Below, one piece after another: positions 1 to 10,360 of a stretch of 64,000 nucleotides of DNA (its first letter is position 1; each line of letters opens with the position of its first letter). The stretch is from Thermoplasmatota archaeon (GTDB taxonomy: Archaea; Thermoplasmatota; Penumbrarchaeia; Penumbrarchaeales; Penumbrarchaeaceae). The notes beneath the pieces were generated by a model. That model saw only the letters and a list, made by a program, of their open reading frames with translations. It was not told the origin of the DNA and ran no database searches. The position numbers and the translations under genes are program-made. The stretch spans positions 73,216 through 137,215 of the forward strand of contig JARVGK010000003.1 of NCBI GenBank assembly GCA_029762535.1, in the 5' to 3' direction.

Positions 1-50
1 TGAAAGGTTATGACAGATATGTCGTCATCTCAGGAACGGTATTCCTTTTC

Positions 51-632
51 ATGATAGTCATCACTTCGTTGATGTTCGGGGCGAACGTCGGGGGCGATGG
101 AGGCGATAGACCCGTTGAAAAGGGCTATCTCGAACCATTGGAGCTGAAGAAGGAGACCATCAGTAACGTAGGCCAGCTTGACGAGGGCATCGAGGACCTC
201 ATCACGATAGCCCAGACCGGCAAGGCCATAAGGAACGTTTCGGCCGTCCTCACATGGGTGGACGAATCGGACAGGCCCGGGATGCCAAGGCTTCGCCGCT
301 ACGAGAACCAGCCGGACACCTTCGAGTTGAGAACACAGCCTCCAGTGGGCAACGGAAGCAGCCAGACAGCTCAGAACCCCGTCAACTCGGAGGGCAGGAT
401 AGAGCTCTCCCATTCGCATACTCTGGACGAGCTCTACACGATGATCGATGAGGCGAGATCGTCGCAGAACTCGACCCTACCCGACTGGGAACTGGCCGTC
501 AAGCTCGTGAGTGCCGGAAATTGGGTTCCGGTACTCCCTCCCAAGTTCATAGGTTACATCGACGATTCGAACTCCTACATACTCGAGGTCACGATCGAGT
601 ATTATGATATTTCTGGTCTTATGGAGGGATGA
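51..632 (+). CDS. hypothetical exported/membrane-anchored protein (start may lie upstream of the window)
   Basis: 193-aa ORF, hydrophobic N-terminus, genome-typical codon usage, 15 bp before the OPT gene. Confidence 0.6.
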   Translation: MIVITSLMFGANVGGDGGDRPVEKGYLEPLELKKETISNVGQLDEGIEDLITIAQTGKAIRNVSAVLTWVDESDRPGMPRLRRYENQPDTFELRTQPPVGNGSSQTAQNPVNSEGRIELSHSHTLDELYTMIDEARSSQNSTLPDWELAVKLVSAGNWVPVLPPKFIGYIDDSNSYILEVTIEYYDISGLMEG

Positions 633-647
633 GGGGGTTATTTTCCG

Positions 648-2669
648 ATGGCTGACCATTACGAACCTTATATTTCACCGGACGTGGATATCAGCGAGTT
701 CTCCATCAAGGCGATCGTCGTCGGTATCATCATCACCATCGTGATGGGCGCGGCCAACGCCTACCTGGGACTATTCGTGGGAATGACCGTATCGGCGACC
801 ATCCCCTCTCTGGTCTTCGCACTGGCCATCCTCAAGGTGTTCAAAGGGAATATCCTCGAGATAAACATGTCCAAGAACATTGGTGTGGCCGGTGAAGCTC
901 TTGCGGCAGGCATCATATTCACCTTTCCCGCATTGATAGTGATCCATTCCATAACCGGTGGCAGTGCCGGCTGGGAGGATATGCTCCAGATCAGGAACCT
1001 CCTGATCATGCTCGTCATATCCACCGTGGGCGGACTGTTCGGGATACTGTTCACCATACCCTTGAGGAAGGTCTTCATACAGGACCTCGACCTGCCCTAT
1101 CCCGAGGGCGTCGCCGCGGCCGAGGTGCTCAAGGTCATGGAGAAGGGCGGCAGGGGCATTTACCAGATCGGAATAGCTGCGGGTATTGGAGGTGCCATGA
1201 AGTTCGCCGCGGAATCCGGCCTCTCGCTCTGGAAGGAGAGGCTCGAAGCGGTGGTCGGGGGCGAGAGGATACGATTGTTCGGCGGTTTCAACATCTCGCC
1301 CGCCCTGCTAGGCGTTGGATACATCATCGGTTTCAGGATATCGCTCATAGTCTTCGCCGGAGGCATAGTAGGTTGGGTCTTTGCCATACCTTTGATCGGT
1401 CTTTTCAAGGGCTGGCCGACCGTCGATTTCCAGGGAAATCCGGTCGATGCGATAGGATCGATCTATGCGGTATGGTTCAACGAGACCAAATGGATCGGCA
1501 TAGGAGCGGTCCTGACGGGCGGGATCTACACGCTGTTCTCCCTCAGAAAGACCATAGTCCAATCCGTCAAGGGCATGTTCGCCAAGAAGAGGGCCTCCTC
1601 GGAACCAGCCCCGCTGCGGACGGAGAGGGATTTCCACGTCAACCTCGTATACATCATCATCCTTGCGGTCATCGTTGCGATCATCTATTTCTTCGTCACG
1701 GGAGAGATATTCACCGCGATATTGCTGGCACTGGTGATGATAGCCGCTACGTTCTTCTTCACGGCCGTTGCGGGGTATCTGGCAGGCATAGTGGGCTCCT
1801 CCAATAATCCCATCTCGTCCGTGACGATATCCACGCTCGTCGTCACGGCCCTCCTTTTACTTCTTCTCGGGGGCATAGGAGTGTCGAACATGGGCATGGA
1901 CCTGGGAATGACCGCGACTATACTCGTCGCCGCCATAGTCTGCTGCTCCGCGGCCATTGCGGGAGATTCTATGCAGGAGCTCAAGACCGCCCAGATCCTC
2001 GGGGCCACCCCGGTCAGGATACAGTGGGGGCGATTCATCGGCGTGATCGTTGGCGCATTGACCATCCCGGTCATCGTCGCACTGCTCGCACAGGCGTACG
2101 GGATCGGCTCCCCCGCCCTGCCCTCACCGCAGGCGGTCATTATGGGCTCTACCGTCCACGCGATATTCAACTTGAAGTTCAACGTTTTGATGTTCGGAAT
2201 AGGTGTGGCCATCGCCGCGGGGTTGATATTCTTCAAGCTGCCCGTTATGGCCGTTGCCATCGGGATATACCTCCCATTCACCCTTACTACCCCGATCTTC
2301 TTCGGCGGTATACTCGCCTGGATCACGAACAGGTTCGTGGCCGTGAAGGAGCGGCTTTTCAGCAACCTCTCCGGAACCGAGCTGGAGGCCAGGACCAAGG
2401 CCTCACAGGAGGTTACCTACAACCGAGGTCTCCTCTTCGCCGCGGGGCTCGTCGCGGGCGAAGCGATCATGGGGGTGGTCGTGGCCGGCATCATAATATT
2501 CCTGGGGCCGGGTGCTATCACCATATTCAACGATCCCAGCTGGATCCCCGGATTGCTGGCGCTCATCTATCTGCTCTTCCTGATAATATACATGGTCCTG
2601 AGGGACGACATCAAGGACATGAGCAGGCGCGAGATCGGGTCGGTCTTCGGAAGGTTCTTCGGCAAGTGA
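648..2669 (+). CDS. OPT-family oligopeptide transporter
   Basis: 673 aa polytopic membrane protein; NAYLGLFVGMTVSATIP, LPYPEGVAAAEVL, GIVGSSNNPISS motifs. Confidence 0.93.
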   Translation: MADHYEPYISPDVDISEFSIKAIVVGIIITIVMGAANAYLGLFVGMTVSATIPSLVFALAILKVFKGNILEINMSKNIGVAGEALAAGIIFTFPALIVIHSITGGSAGWEDMLQIRNLLIMLVISTVGGLFGILFTIPLRKVFIQDLDLPYPEGVAAAEVLKVMEKGGRGIYQIGIAAGIGGAMKFAAESGLSLWKERLEAVVGGERIRLFGGFNISPALLGVGYIIGFRISLIVFAGGIVGWVFAIPLIGLFKGWPTVDFQGNPVDAIGSIYAVWFNETKWIGIGAVLTGGIYTLFSLRKTIVQSVKGMFAKKRASSEPAPLRTERDFHVNLVYIIILAVIVAIIYFFVTGEIFTAILLALVMIAATFFFTAVAGYLAGIVGSSNNPISSVTISTLVVTALLLLLLGGIGVSNMGMDLGMTATILVAAIVCCSAAIAGDSMQELKTAQILGATPVRIQWGRFIGVIVGALTIPVIVALLAQAYGIGSPALPSPQAVIMGSTVHAIFNLKFNVLMFGIGVAIAAGLIFFKLPVMAVAIGIYLPFTLTTPIFFGGILAWITNRFVAVKERLFSNLSGTELEARTKASQEVTYNRGLLFAAGLVAGEAIMGVVVAGIIIFLGPGAITIFNDPSWIPGLLALIYLLFLIIYMVLRDDIKDMSRREIGSVFGRFFGK

Positions 2670-2675
2670 TGTGCC

Positions 2676-3188
2676 ATGGACGATAGTGGACCGGACGAGG
2701 ATCCGAAAAAGGGCAAAGGCCGGCCGTCGAAATGGTGGAGGGAAGGCGACCGCAAGCTCGTTCAGCACAGGATCGAAGAAGTGACCTCCTCGATGGGTTT
2801 TAAAAAGGTGGACCTGGACGATTCCGACAGGGAGGCCCTTGTTCAGGAGGCCAGAAAAAGGGATCCCCGACTGAGGAACATGCTCGATGTCGTATTCGAG
2901 AGGGCGGATCGAGTCAGCAGGGAAGGTGAATACCTAACCATTCCCATTTACAGGTCCAAGATGGGAGAGAGCATCGCCAGGGCGCTCAGGATCCGGACCA
3001 GGAGGCGTATAAGGCTCGACGGATACGGCTGGGCAGTTTGGGAACTCCTTGACGGCCGCAGGACGCTGGAGCGGGTCGGGGAGGAATTGAAGAAGCGCTT
3101 CGGGGACGAGATCGAGCCCATCTATCCCCGGCTCGCGAGGTTCATGACATATCTCGTCAACCTCGGATTGGCAAGGGAGAGGGCGTGA
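2676..3188 (+). CDS. PqqD-family (RRE-like) protein
   Basis: C-terminal RLDGYGWAVWELLDGRRTLERVGEELKKRFG...RLARFMTYL matches the PqqD pattern. Confidence 0.8.
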   Translation: MDDSGPDEDPKKGKGRPSKWWREGDRKLVQHRIEEVTSSMGFKKVDLDDSDREALVQEARKRDPRLRNMLDVVFERADRVSREGEYLTIPIYRSKMGESIARALRIRTRRRIRLDGYGWAVWELLDGRRTLERVGEELKKRFGDEIEPIYPRLARFMTYLVNLGLARERA

Positions 3189-6100
3189 TCATTTTCTCTT
3201 TACTCTCTTCCTGGTCCTGACAGTGGCCCTTTCCGATCCATCGTCATCTGGGGGTGTTTCTGCGGACATGTCCTCTTCAGAGGTCTCGACCTCGGGGCCT
3301 ACCTCATCGTCCTCAAGGACCTCATCCTCGAGATCTTCCTCATCTTCATATCCCTCCTCCTCTGCTCCCTCCTCTTCGTCCTCGGGCTCCCCTTCGTCCT
3401 CCAGGTATTCCTCATCTTCCAGGTCCTCATCGGCTTCCTCATCCGCGTCCCCGTAAGCCTCCTCATCGAGATAGTCATAGCTGTAAGGATCGAACTCCTC
3501 CTCATCGGTTCCGAGATCGTCGTCCCTGGGCTGTTTGATGTATATGTATACGCCGATGGCGATGATGATGATCGCGAAGATTGCAAGGGCCGCGTACATC
3601 ACCTCCCTCGGTATCCCATCGGATCCTACGATGGTCCTCTCGGTCCGGAAGGTCCATGTATTGTTGGTGTAGCCCTGAGGGAAACCGGCCCCTTCTATGG
3701 ACCTGGCCTCGGTCCCGATCCTCACGGTGTATGATACGCGGTTGCCGAGCCCGTCGTGCAGGATCTCGAGGCTCTGATTGTTATTGGTCCATACGTATCT
3801 CGCACCTTTGAGGGGGGGGTCGATCGTAGTGTATGATTCGATGGTAAGGGTGTCCATGGGCTGGTTGAACATGATCCTTATGGAGGTATCGAGGTCCCTG
3901 ACCGTACCTACCGGGGTCCTCCAGAGCACCAGGAGCTCCCTGGGCGGCGGAGTGAAATCCAGATAGTCCAGCCTGATCTCGAACCTGCCCCAGTATGGTT
4001 CCTGGGAACTTACCTCGAACGTATTGGTCATCTTCTGCAGATATCCCGCTCTCTTCCCGGGGATCGCCGAGACGGATTCCGGAGGGGTGACCTTGAACCT
4101 GCCAATGAAGGGGAGCGTCCTGATGCTGAACGTCGCCTCTCCCAGGTTGTTCGTGGTCCTGTTCTCGAGGACGACATCATCCATCGAAAGCAGTTCTATC
4201 AATGCGTTGAAGACCGCCCCGCTCCTCGGACCCTCTCCGAATGCGACGAAAACATCTATCGAACCGGTCTCCGGTCTGAGATAATATGTCAGAAAGAGTT
4301 CAGTGAAAAGATCGGGGTTCGGACCTGATGCGGATATGAACGTGCTGGTGTTCGAGAGATAGCCTGAGCGAACGCCGATCTCTCCTCTCAACGCGGCCTC
4401 CGGAGCTCCTTCCAACCTGTATTCCCCTCCCATCTCAAGGGAGGAGAATCCAACAACTCCGTCCTCCTGGGCTTGGGCGCTCTCGATCAGAGTGCCGTTG
4501 AAGGACAGGAGACGTACTATGGAGCCCTGCGCCCCCTGGCCTGAGAGCGGCCCTCCCTCGTAAAGGACCGTCACTTCAAGTGAATAGAGCATGCGTTCGG
4601 TCGTTCCCTGGAATACGGGAGTGTAAGGGGAATAGTTGTATGATGTATCGAAGGCCAGCATCCTGAAGCCATAAAGCGTCCCGGGGACAAGACCTCCTAG
4701 GGTGTACGACGTTTCTCCGGGACCGAGCGTCACAAGCGTTTCGAACTGCGTCATGGAGGGGGTAGAATTCATCTCGATGATGAAACCTTCAAGATCGGTC
4801 TCGGAGCCGGGGTCCCAGGATATGGTGAGATGATCGACGCCCTTGTCGGAGATGATCGCGGAGGTTGGCGTGGCGGGCGGGGTCAGGTCCGACGTGATGT
4901 TGGTCGCTGGCTGGGAAGGAGCCCCTTCCCAAACTCCGTCAAAGGCTGACACTCTGAATATTCCCCGCGTGGAAGGGCCTATCTCAGGGGATATCCAGGA
5001 TGTTGATGGATGGTCGACCTCCCCCGAGAGTATCCATTCTCCCGAGGAGAATGAGTATATCCTGTAGGCGATCGTGTCGTCGTCGTTGGGGTCCCATTTT
5101 AGCTTTATGCTCTCGAGCGTATCCAATGAGTCCGCCGTCAGGTTCAGGACGGATTGTGGAAGGTCTATGTCAGGTACAACAAGTTCGACCGACATCGGAG
5201 CCGATGTGTCGATATCGTAGACATGATCCCATATCATCGCCGTTCCCGGAACGTGAACGGTCGCGTTGGTCCTAACGTTCATAGGCGCGTTGGATCCGGG
5301 ATAGATCATTTTCAAGGCCACGAATGGTGCTATTCCGCCATCCGGTCCCGTGACCGGGTCGCTCCCCCCGAAGTAAGGGGTCGAGTGGAGGCCGCCTGTC
5401 CTTTCGTTCACTACGTGGAGCTCCACTCCTTCCATGGGCTGCACGTCCTTGTACAGGACGCGAACTCCGATCGTGTTGCTTATCATTACGTTCGACATGG
5501 GGTCGACATCGAACGAGGACACGGTAGTGTCCAGGACCTCGACCTCAGCTCCTTCGTATGCGGATAGGGCCGTCCCGCTGGCGACTATATCCGATCCCAC
5601 AACGGCATGGTCCCCCTCCCTGAATATCACGCTCCTTTGTGCGTCCACCTTGCTGTTGTTCATGAGCAGTCGGGCGCTATTCGATTCCAGGCCGATGCCG
5701 GCGCTCTTGACGATGACGTGGTCCAGGACGATATCGTTTCCGGAGAGGTCGAGGGCGGCCATGGTGGTATTGGACCAGATGATGACGTCCTTCATCATCA
5801 TGCTGGTCGTATCGTGCCCCGTTACTATCGAATGGCCTGTGCCCGGATCGGAATGGATCATGGTGGTCAGGATGCGTAGATTGGTAGTATGCGGAGGCAC
5901 TGGGCCTGCCCTTATCCCTGTCGATCCCTCTCCGATGAGGTCGATGGAACAGCCATCGATCACCCCTCTCCTTACGTCCCCGAGAACGTCTATCCCCGTA
6001 CCGGGGCCGTTCAGATATATCTGGGAGTATACCACCTCGTTATTACTTCCGCCCAGATGGAGTAGCCAACCGTCGTTGAACGATGTGAGGGTGGAGTCGA

Positions 6101-7520
6101 TAAGGACGTTGTCCGTTCCCGAGAGGATCGATCCGCTCGAAGCTTCGCCCCAGACTATGAAGGTCGAATCTCGGATCTCCGTCTGGTCCGCTCCAACCCG
6201 GACCCCGAAGGAGTTGTCCGCCCTTATGGAATAGCTGTTCGAAGAAAGGAGCGCCCCCCTGCCCGGACCGAGAACGATGCCGTTGGTCATCATACCGCTG
6301 GTCATGATGATGTCATTGATCAGGGTGAGGTTCCTGTGGTCGGAGAAGGCCGCTATGATCGATCCATTCCCCCCTTGGTAGAAGTTCGATCCCGATATGG
6401 ACATATCAACGCATCCCAGTAGGAACGACCCGTTCACAAGGCCCCCGGAGAGGGATATGCCCGTTTGATTATCCCCCTTCGAGGAATAGGACAGGTCCAT
6501 GATCGAGCATCCTATGAGATGGGTGCCATTGAGGAAGGACGAACCGTTCCCGAGCATGTTCACAGATGTATTGCTCAGCATGACATCCCTCACGTTGAAC
6601 ACCTCGATACCTCTGGCTCCCGAGTCCAGGAAAAGGGCCGTCCCGTTCATTGTGACGTTATCACACGATGAAAGTTCGATGCCGTGTGTGTTCTTACCGG
6701 TCATGGTGAGGAAGCAGCCCTCTATCTCTATCCCGGAACCGGAGAGGTGCATCGCCGTTCCGACCATCTCGATGATCATGGCATTGAGCTCGAGGTCTGT
6801 ACCCTGGAAGTGGATCCCAGATGCTCTCCCGGTCGATGTGATGCTGGAGTTATGGAAGTGGATGGAATCTCCCGAGATGATGAACCCCTTTGAACCGGAC
6901 CCGAGTCCTATGTCCATGTCCCTGAAGGTGATGTTCGAGACATTGATGGCATGGCATATCGTGGATCCCGATCCGTCACTTGCCATTTTCCCCAATATGA
7001 TGTTCGATGAATTGGCTATGTTCACGCAGATGTCCGGCGATCCCGAGAAGGATGCTCCGTCGATCTCGATGGACTTCGACGACTCTATGTTCAGAGCGAT
7101 GCCGGTCGTTGACCTGAAGCCGATCCCCGTCAGATCGATGTCGTTCGAGGAGATGTTGAGAGACCGACCGACGAAGGTCATGCCGGCCAATGTTACGAAG
7201 GGAGCGGTCACACTGCTGTTCTTGCCATACGGGCCTGAGATAAGTACCGATGCCGTATCATTACCCCTGAGCGTTACGGAACGGGTCCCGACACTGATCG
7301 ATTCGTTGTAATTGCCGGATGCGATGACTATTACATCGCCCTCGACGGCATCGCCCAGGGCTGCCCCTATGGTGGAATAGGTGGATCCCGTCCCGACGTA
7401 AAGTACGAGTCCGGATGCCCCGCGTGGGGTTATCAGCAGGATCCCCGATGTGAATAACAATAATACCATGGCCGTTGCGATGAGCTTACCTTTGCGTTCC
7501 CCGGCGTGTACTTCGATCAT
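3189..7520 (-). CDS. large cell-surface protein: parallel beta-helix, FN3 repeats, Ig-like domain, TM anchor, acidic tail
   Basis: Signal peptide; YSTIGAALGDAVEGDVIVIASGNY beta-helix cap; FN3-like segments (LTISWDP...YTLGGLVPGTLYGFRM); IRIMFNQPMD Big_5-like motif; TM then D/E-rich tail. Confidence 0.85.
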   Translation of the reverse strand: MIEVHAGERKGKLIATAMVLLLFTSGILLITPRGASGLVLYVGTGSTYSTIGAALGDAVEGDVIVIASGNYNESISVGTRSVTLRGNDTASVLISGPYGKNSSVTAPFVTLAGMTFVGRSLNISSNDIDLTGIGFRSTTGIALNIESSKSIEIDGASFSGSPDICVNIANSSNIILGKMASDGSGSTICHAINVSNITFRDMDIGLGSGSKGFIISGDSIHFHNSSITSTGRASGIHFQGTDLELNAMIIEMVGTAMHLSGSGIEIEGCFLTMTGKNTHGIELSSCDNVTMNGTALFLDSGARGIEVFNVRDVMLSNTSVNMLGNGSSFLNGTHLIGCSIMDLSYSSKGDNQTGISLSGGLVNGSFLLGCVDMSISGSNFYQGGNGSIIAAFSDHRNLTLINDIIMTSGMMTNGIVLGPGRGALLSSNSYSIRADNSFGVRVGADQTEIRDSTFIVWGEASSGSILSGTDNVLIDSTLTSFNDGWLLHLGGSNNEVVYSQIYLNGPGTGIDVLGDVRRGVIDGCSIDLIGEGSTGIRAGPVPPHTTNLRILTTMIHSDPGTGHSIVTGHDTTSMMMKDVIIWSNTTMAALDLSGNDIVLDHVIVKSAGIGLESNSARLLMNNSKVDAQRSVIFREGDHAVVGSDIVASGTALSAYEGAEVEVLDTTVSSFDVDPMSNVMISNTIGVRVLYKDVQPMEGVELHVVNERTGGLHSTPYFGGSDPVTGPDGGIAPFVALKMIYPGSNAPMNVRTNATVHVPGTAMIWDHVYDIDTSAPMSVELVVPDIDLPQSVLNLTADSLDTLESIKLKWDPNDDDTIAYRIYSFSSGEWILSGEVDHPSTSWISPEIGPSTRGIFRVSAFDGVWEGAPSQPATNITSDLTPPATPTSAIISDKGVDHLTISWDPGSETDLEGFIIEMNSTPSMTQFETLVTLGPGETSYTLGGLVPGTLYGFRMLAFDTSYNYSPYTPVFQGTTERMLYSLEVTVLYEGGPLSGQGAQGSIVRLLSFNGTLIESAQAQEDGVVGFSSLEMGGEYRLEGAPEAALRGEIGVRSGYLSNTSTFISASGPNPDLFTELFLTYYLRPETGSIDVFVAFGEGPRSGAVFNALIELLSMDDVVLENRTTNNLGEATFSIRTLPFIGRFKVTPPESVSAIPGKRAGYLQKMTNTFEVSSQEPYWGRFEIRLDYLDFTPPPRELLVLWRTPVGTVRDLDTSIRIMFNQPMDTLTIESYTTIDPPLKGARYVWTNNNQSLEILHDGLGNRVSYTVRIGTEARSIEGAGFPQGYTNNTWTFRTERTIVGSDGIPREVMYAALAIFAIIIIAIGVYIYIKQPRDDDLGTDEEEFDPYSYDYLDEEAYGDADEEADEDLEDEEYLEDEGEPEDEEEGAEEEGYEDEEDLEDEVLEDDEVGPEVETSEEDMSAETPPDDDGSERATVRTRKRVKRK

Positions 7521-7628
7521 ATCCTTCGCCCTCCCCGGCGCTATCGCCTATCCATATGCAACAACGCCATCAATTAATTTTCCTGACATATGTAAAAGAT
7601 TTAAAAGGGGGACGCTTTCATCCTGCTC

Positions 7629-8861
7629 ATGCATCCGACGGATGAGTTGAGGGGCGCAGCATCGACCCTCCTCGAAGGTAGAACGATCGTCCTTGGCGTA
7701 ACTGGGTCCATCGCTGCGGTCGAGTGCGTCAAACTCGCCAGGATGCTAATCCGTCACGGCGCTGCAGTTCATGCTGTCATGACGGCGGAGGCCAGGAAGA
7801 TAGTGGGGGAGTACGCCCTCGGCTTCGCAACGGCGAACCAAGTCATCACCGAGCTGACCGGAGACCTCGAGCATGTGGCTATGTGCGGGGACGTTGAAGG
7901 GCGGGCGGACCTTCTCCTGATCGCCCCCTGCACCGCCAACACCCTCGGGAAGATCGTCAACGCTATCGACGATACCCCCGTCACGACGTTCGCCACCACG
8001 GCGATAGGGACAGGGATCCCGTTGATCGTCGTTCCCGCCATGCACAATACCATGTACGCCCACGAGGGTGTGGCCTCCAACATCAAGAAGGCCAGGTCCA
8101 TGGGCATAGAGGTTGTGGACCCGGTGCTCTCCGAGAAGAAGGCCAAAATGGCCCCGGTGGACACCATAGTCGAGATCGCGATAAGAAAGCTCTCCGGAGG
8201 GGGCCTTCAAGGTCGAAAGGTTTTGATCGTCGCCGGGGCCAACCGGGAGGAGGTGGACGATATGAGGCTCCTTACCAACAGGGCGACTGGAAGGACCGGG
8301 ATCCATCTGGCCATGGAGGCTTTCAGAAGAGGGGCGGACGTGACCCTCCTTGCCGGAGTATCGGTCCACGGGATCCCGCCTCACTTCAGGACGGTTCGCT
8401 TCGGAGGGGTCATGGACCTCTGGGAGAAAGTGGAGGAGGAATTGTCTTCCTGCGACCAGTTCGATATCGCCCTCTTCCCGGCGGGGATCTCAGACTACAT
8501 ACCTTCCAGGTTAGATGGGAAGGTCCCCTCGGGACGGGAGGAGATGACTCTCGAGCTCAAACCCGCCATAAGGATCATGGATCGCTTCGTGAAGAGGGGC
8601 GGTAGCCGCCTTATCGTGGGTTTCAAGGCCGAGAGCGTATCGGGTGAGGAGCTCCTGAGAAGGGCCTACAGGAGGCTTAAGGAGGTCGGGATGGACCTGA
8701 TCGTGGCGAACGACCTTTCTCAGGTGAAGGAGGATTCCAATCACGTTATGATAATATCGAACGACAGGGAGGTCCTCGACATCGAGGGATCGAAGGCTGA
8801 CATCGCTTCCGTGCTCATGGCGAGATGCCAGGAGATGCTCGTCGGGATAAAGGAGAGTTGA
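7629..8861 (+). CDS. coaBC: phosphopantothenoylcysteine decarboxylase/ligase
   Basis: LGVTGSIAAV, IAPCTANTLGK, PAMHNTMY, VGFKAE, IVAND motifs. Confidence 0.95.
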   Translation: MHPTDELRGAASTLLEGRTIVLGVTGSIAAVECVKLARMLIRHGAAVHAVMTAEARKIVGEYALGFATANQVITELTGDLEHVAMCGDVEGRADLLLIAPCTANTLGKIVNAIDDTPVTTFATTAIGTGIPLIVVPAMHNTMYAHEGVASNIKKARSMGIEVVDPVLSEKKAKMAPVDTIVEIAIRKLSGGGLQGRKVLIVAGANREEVDDMRLLTNRATGRTGIHLAMEAFRRGADVTLLAGVSVHGIPPHFRTVRFGGVMDLWEKVEEELSSCDQFDIALFPAGISDYIPSRLDGKVPSGREEMTLELKPAIRIMDRFVKRGGSRLIVGFKAESVSGEELLRRAYRRLKEVGMDLIVANDLSQVKEDSNHVMIISNDREVLDIEGSKADIASVLMARCQEMLVGIKES

Positions 8862-8864
8862 ACC

Positions 8865-10058
8865 ATGGTACTGCGAGGTGGAGCTTTCTGCCCCGGGCAT
8901 ATCACCGGGCTTTTTTCCATACACGACGATACCGAGATGTACCTCCACAAAGGCTCCAGGGGGTCCGGGGTCTCCGTTACCCTCGGGGCCTCCGTTTCCA
9001 CTGCACTGTATCCCCCTGAAGATGGGAACGGGACGGAGAACCTTTCACTGGAGCTTCATGTAAGGGGAGTTGACAAGTTCCCCGTGAACGATCCGATATA
9101 CCGCCAGGTCCTGAAGGAGATGCTTCCCAATTCAGGTATCGGATGGAGGGCGGCTGTAAGGTCGAACCTGCAGCTGCCCGTAGGTCAGGGGTTCGGAATG
9201 TCGGGAGCCGGCGCCCTAGCCACCGCAATTTCCGTCTGGGAGGCCCTCCATTCGACCATTCCGCGCTGGGACCGAAAATTGAGGTTCAAGGGACAGCAGG
9301 AGATGTTCTTCTCGATGAAAACGTCGGAGTTCAGCGTCAGGCCGATAAGGAGGAGGATGCGCTCACACCTGCAGCTTCTGTCAATGAAGGAGGAACCCTC
9401 GCTGCCTGTCCAGCCTTTCGGCAAACCCTCAGGAATGGTGGAGGAGGGAGGGGTCAGGCCCCCCATGAGGTGGCTCAAGGACAGCGAGGCCGAAAAAGGG
9501 TCCGGTGGGATCACGTACGCCGATTGCGTGAACGCGGCGCACAGGGTCGATGTCATGATCGGCGGAGGTCTGGGCGATGTGATCTCACAGGCCAGGGGCG
9601 GCGTGGAGATCAGGATGTCTCCCGGCGTCCCGCCCTACGGGGAGATCCACACCATCCCCGTGGAGCTGGACAACACCCCGAAAGTGATCGCCGCCACGGT
9701 GGGGCCCCCGATAGAAACTTCGAGGGTGATAGGGAATCCCGCAAGAAGAGAAAGGATACACGGGGCGGGCGAGGCGGCGTTGAGGAGGCTGACAGAAGCG
9801 CCATCGATGACCATGATGATGTCAGAGAGCAGGCAGTTCTCCATCGAGGCCGGGATCCAGAGCATGATGGTGAGGTCCGCCCTCTCCGAAGTCGATGCGA
9901 TGGTGAAGGCCTCGCAGATAATGATCGGCAACAGCGTGTTCACCATGGTACCGAGCAAGGATAAGGACCTCGTCAAAAGTATCACGGAGATCTGGGGAAG
10001 GAGAGGAAGCGTATTCTCCATGGACGTGGACCTGATCGGTGCGAGGCCCTTGACCTGA
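8865..10058 (+). CDS. pantoate kinase (GHMP family), with a long internal insertion
   Basis: AFCPGHITGLF, GSRGSGV, LPVGQGFGMSGAGAL, GLGDV motifs; directly after coaBC. Confidence 0.85.
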   Translation: MVLRGGAFCPGHITGLFSIHDDTEMYLHKGSRGSGVSVTLGASVSTALYPPEDGNGTENLSLELHVRGVDKFPVNDPIYRQVLKEMLPNSGIGWRAAVRSNLQLPVGQGFGMSGAGALATAISVWEALHSTIPRWDRKLRFKGQQEMFFSMKTSEFSVRPIRRRMRSHLQLLSMKEEPSLPVQPFGKPSGMVEEGGVRPPMRWLKDSEAEKGSGGITYADCVNAAHRVDVMIGGGLGDVISQARGGVEIRMSPGVPPYGEIHTIPVELDNTPKVIAATVGPPIETSRVIGNPARRERIHGAGEAALRRLTEAPSMTMMMSESRQFSIEAGIQSMMVRSALSEVDAMVKASQIMIGNSVFTMVPSKDKDLVKSITEIWGRRGSVFSMDVDLIGARPLT

Positions 10059-10360
10059 CCAGCAGGGGTTCCTAAAGTTCCCAAGAGATGATACCGCCTT
10101 GTACACGAAGAAGAATATTGAGGCCGATATCTTCATTTGAATCCGATCAGGGCCGATCGGATCCTATCACTGAAGCGAACTTCGTACGATCGGAGCCATC
10201 CATTCGATCCCTATTGACCCGACACGGGAGGGATCACATTGTTCTTGTTTCGCTTCTACCCAAACGTGATATAGTTAAAAAGCCTAACCGGGAAAGAAAA
10301 ACCCTTATAGGCCATCCCTTTTGAGCGCACTGGGGTGATCGAAAAAAACAATGAAGGCGA

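Noticed and set aside
2676-3188. RiPP biosynthetic cluster
   Set aside because: No precursor peptide or maturase is nearby.
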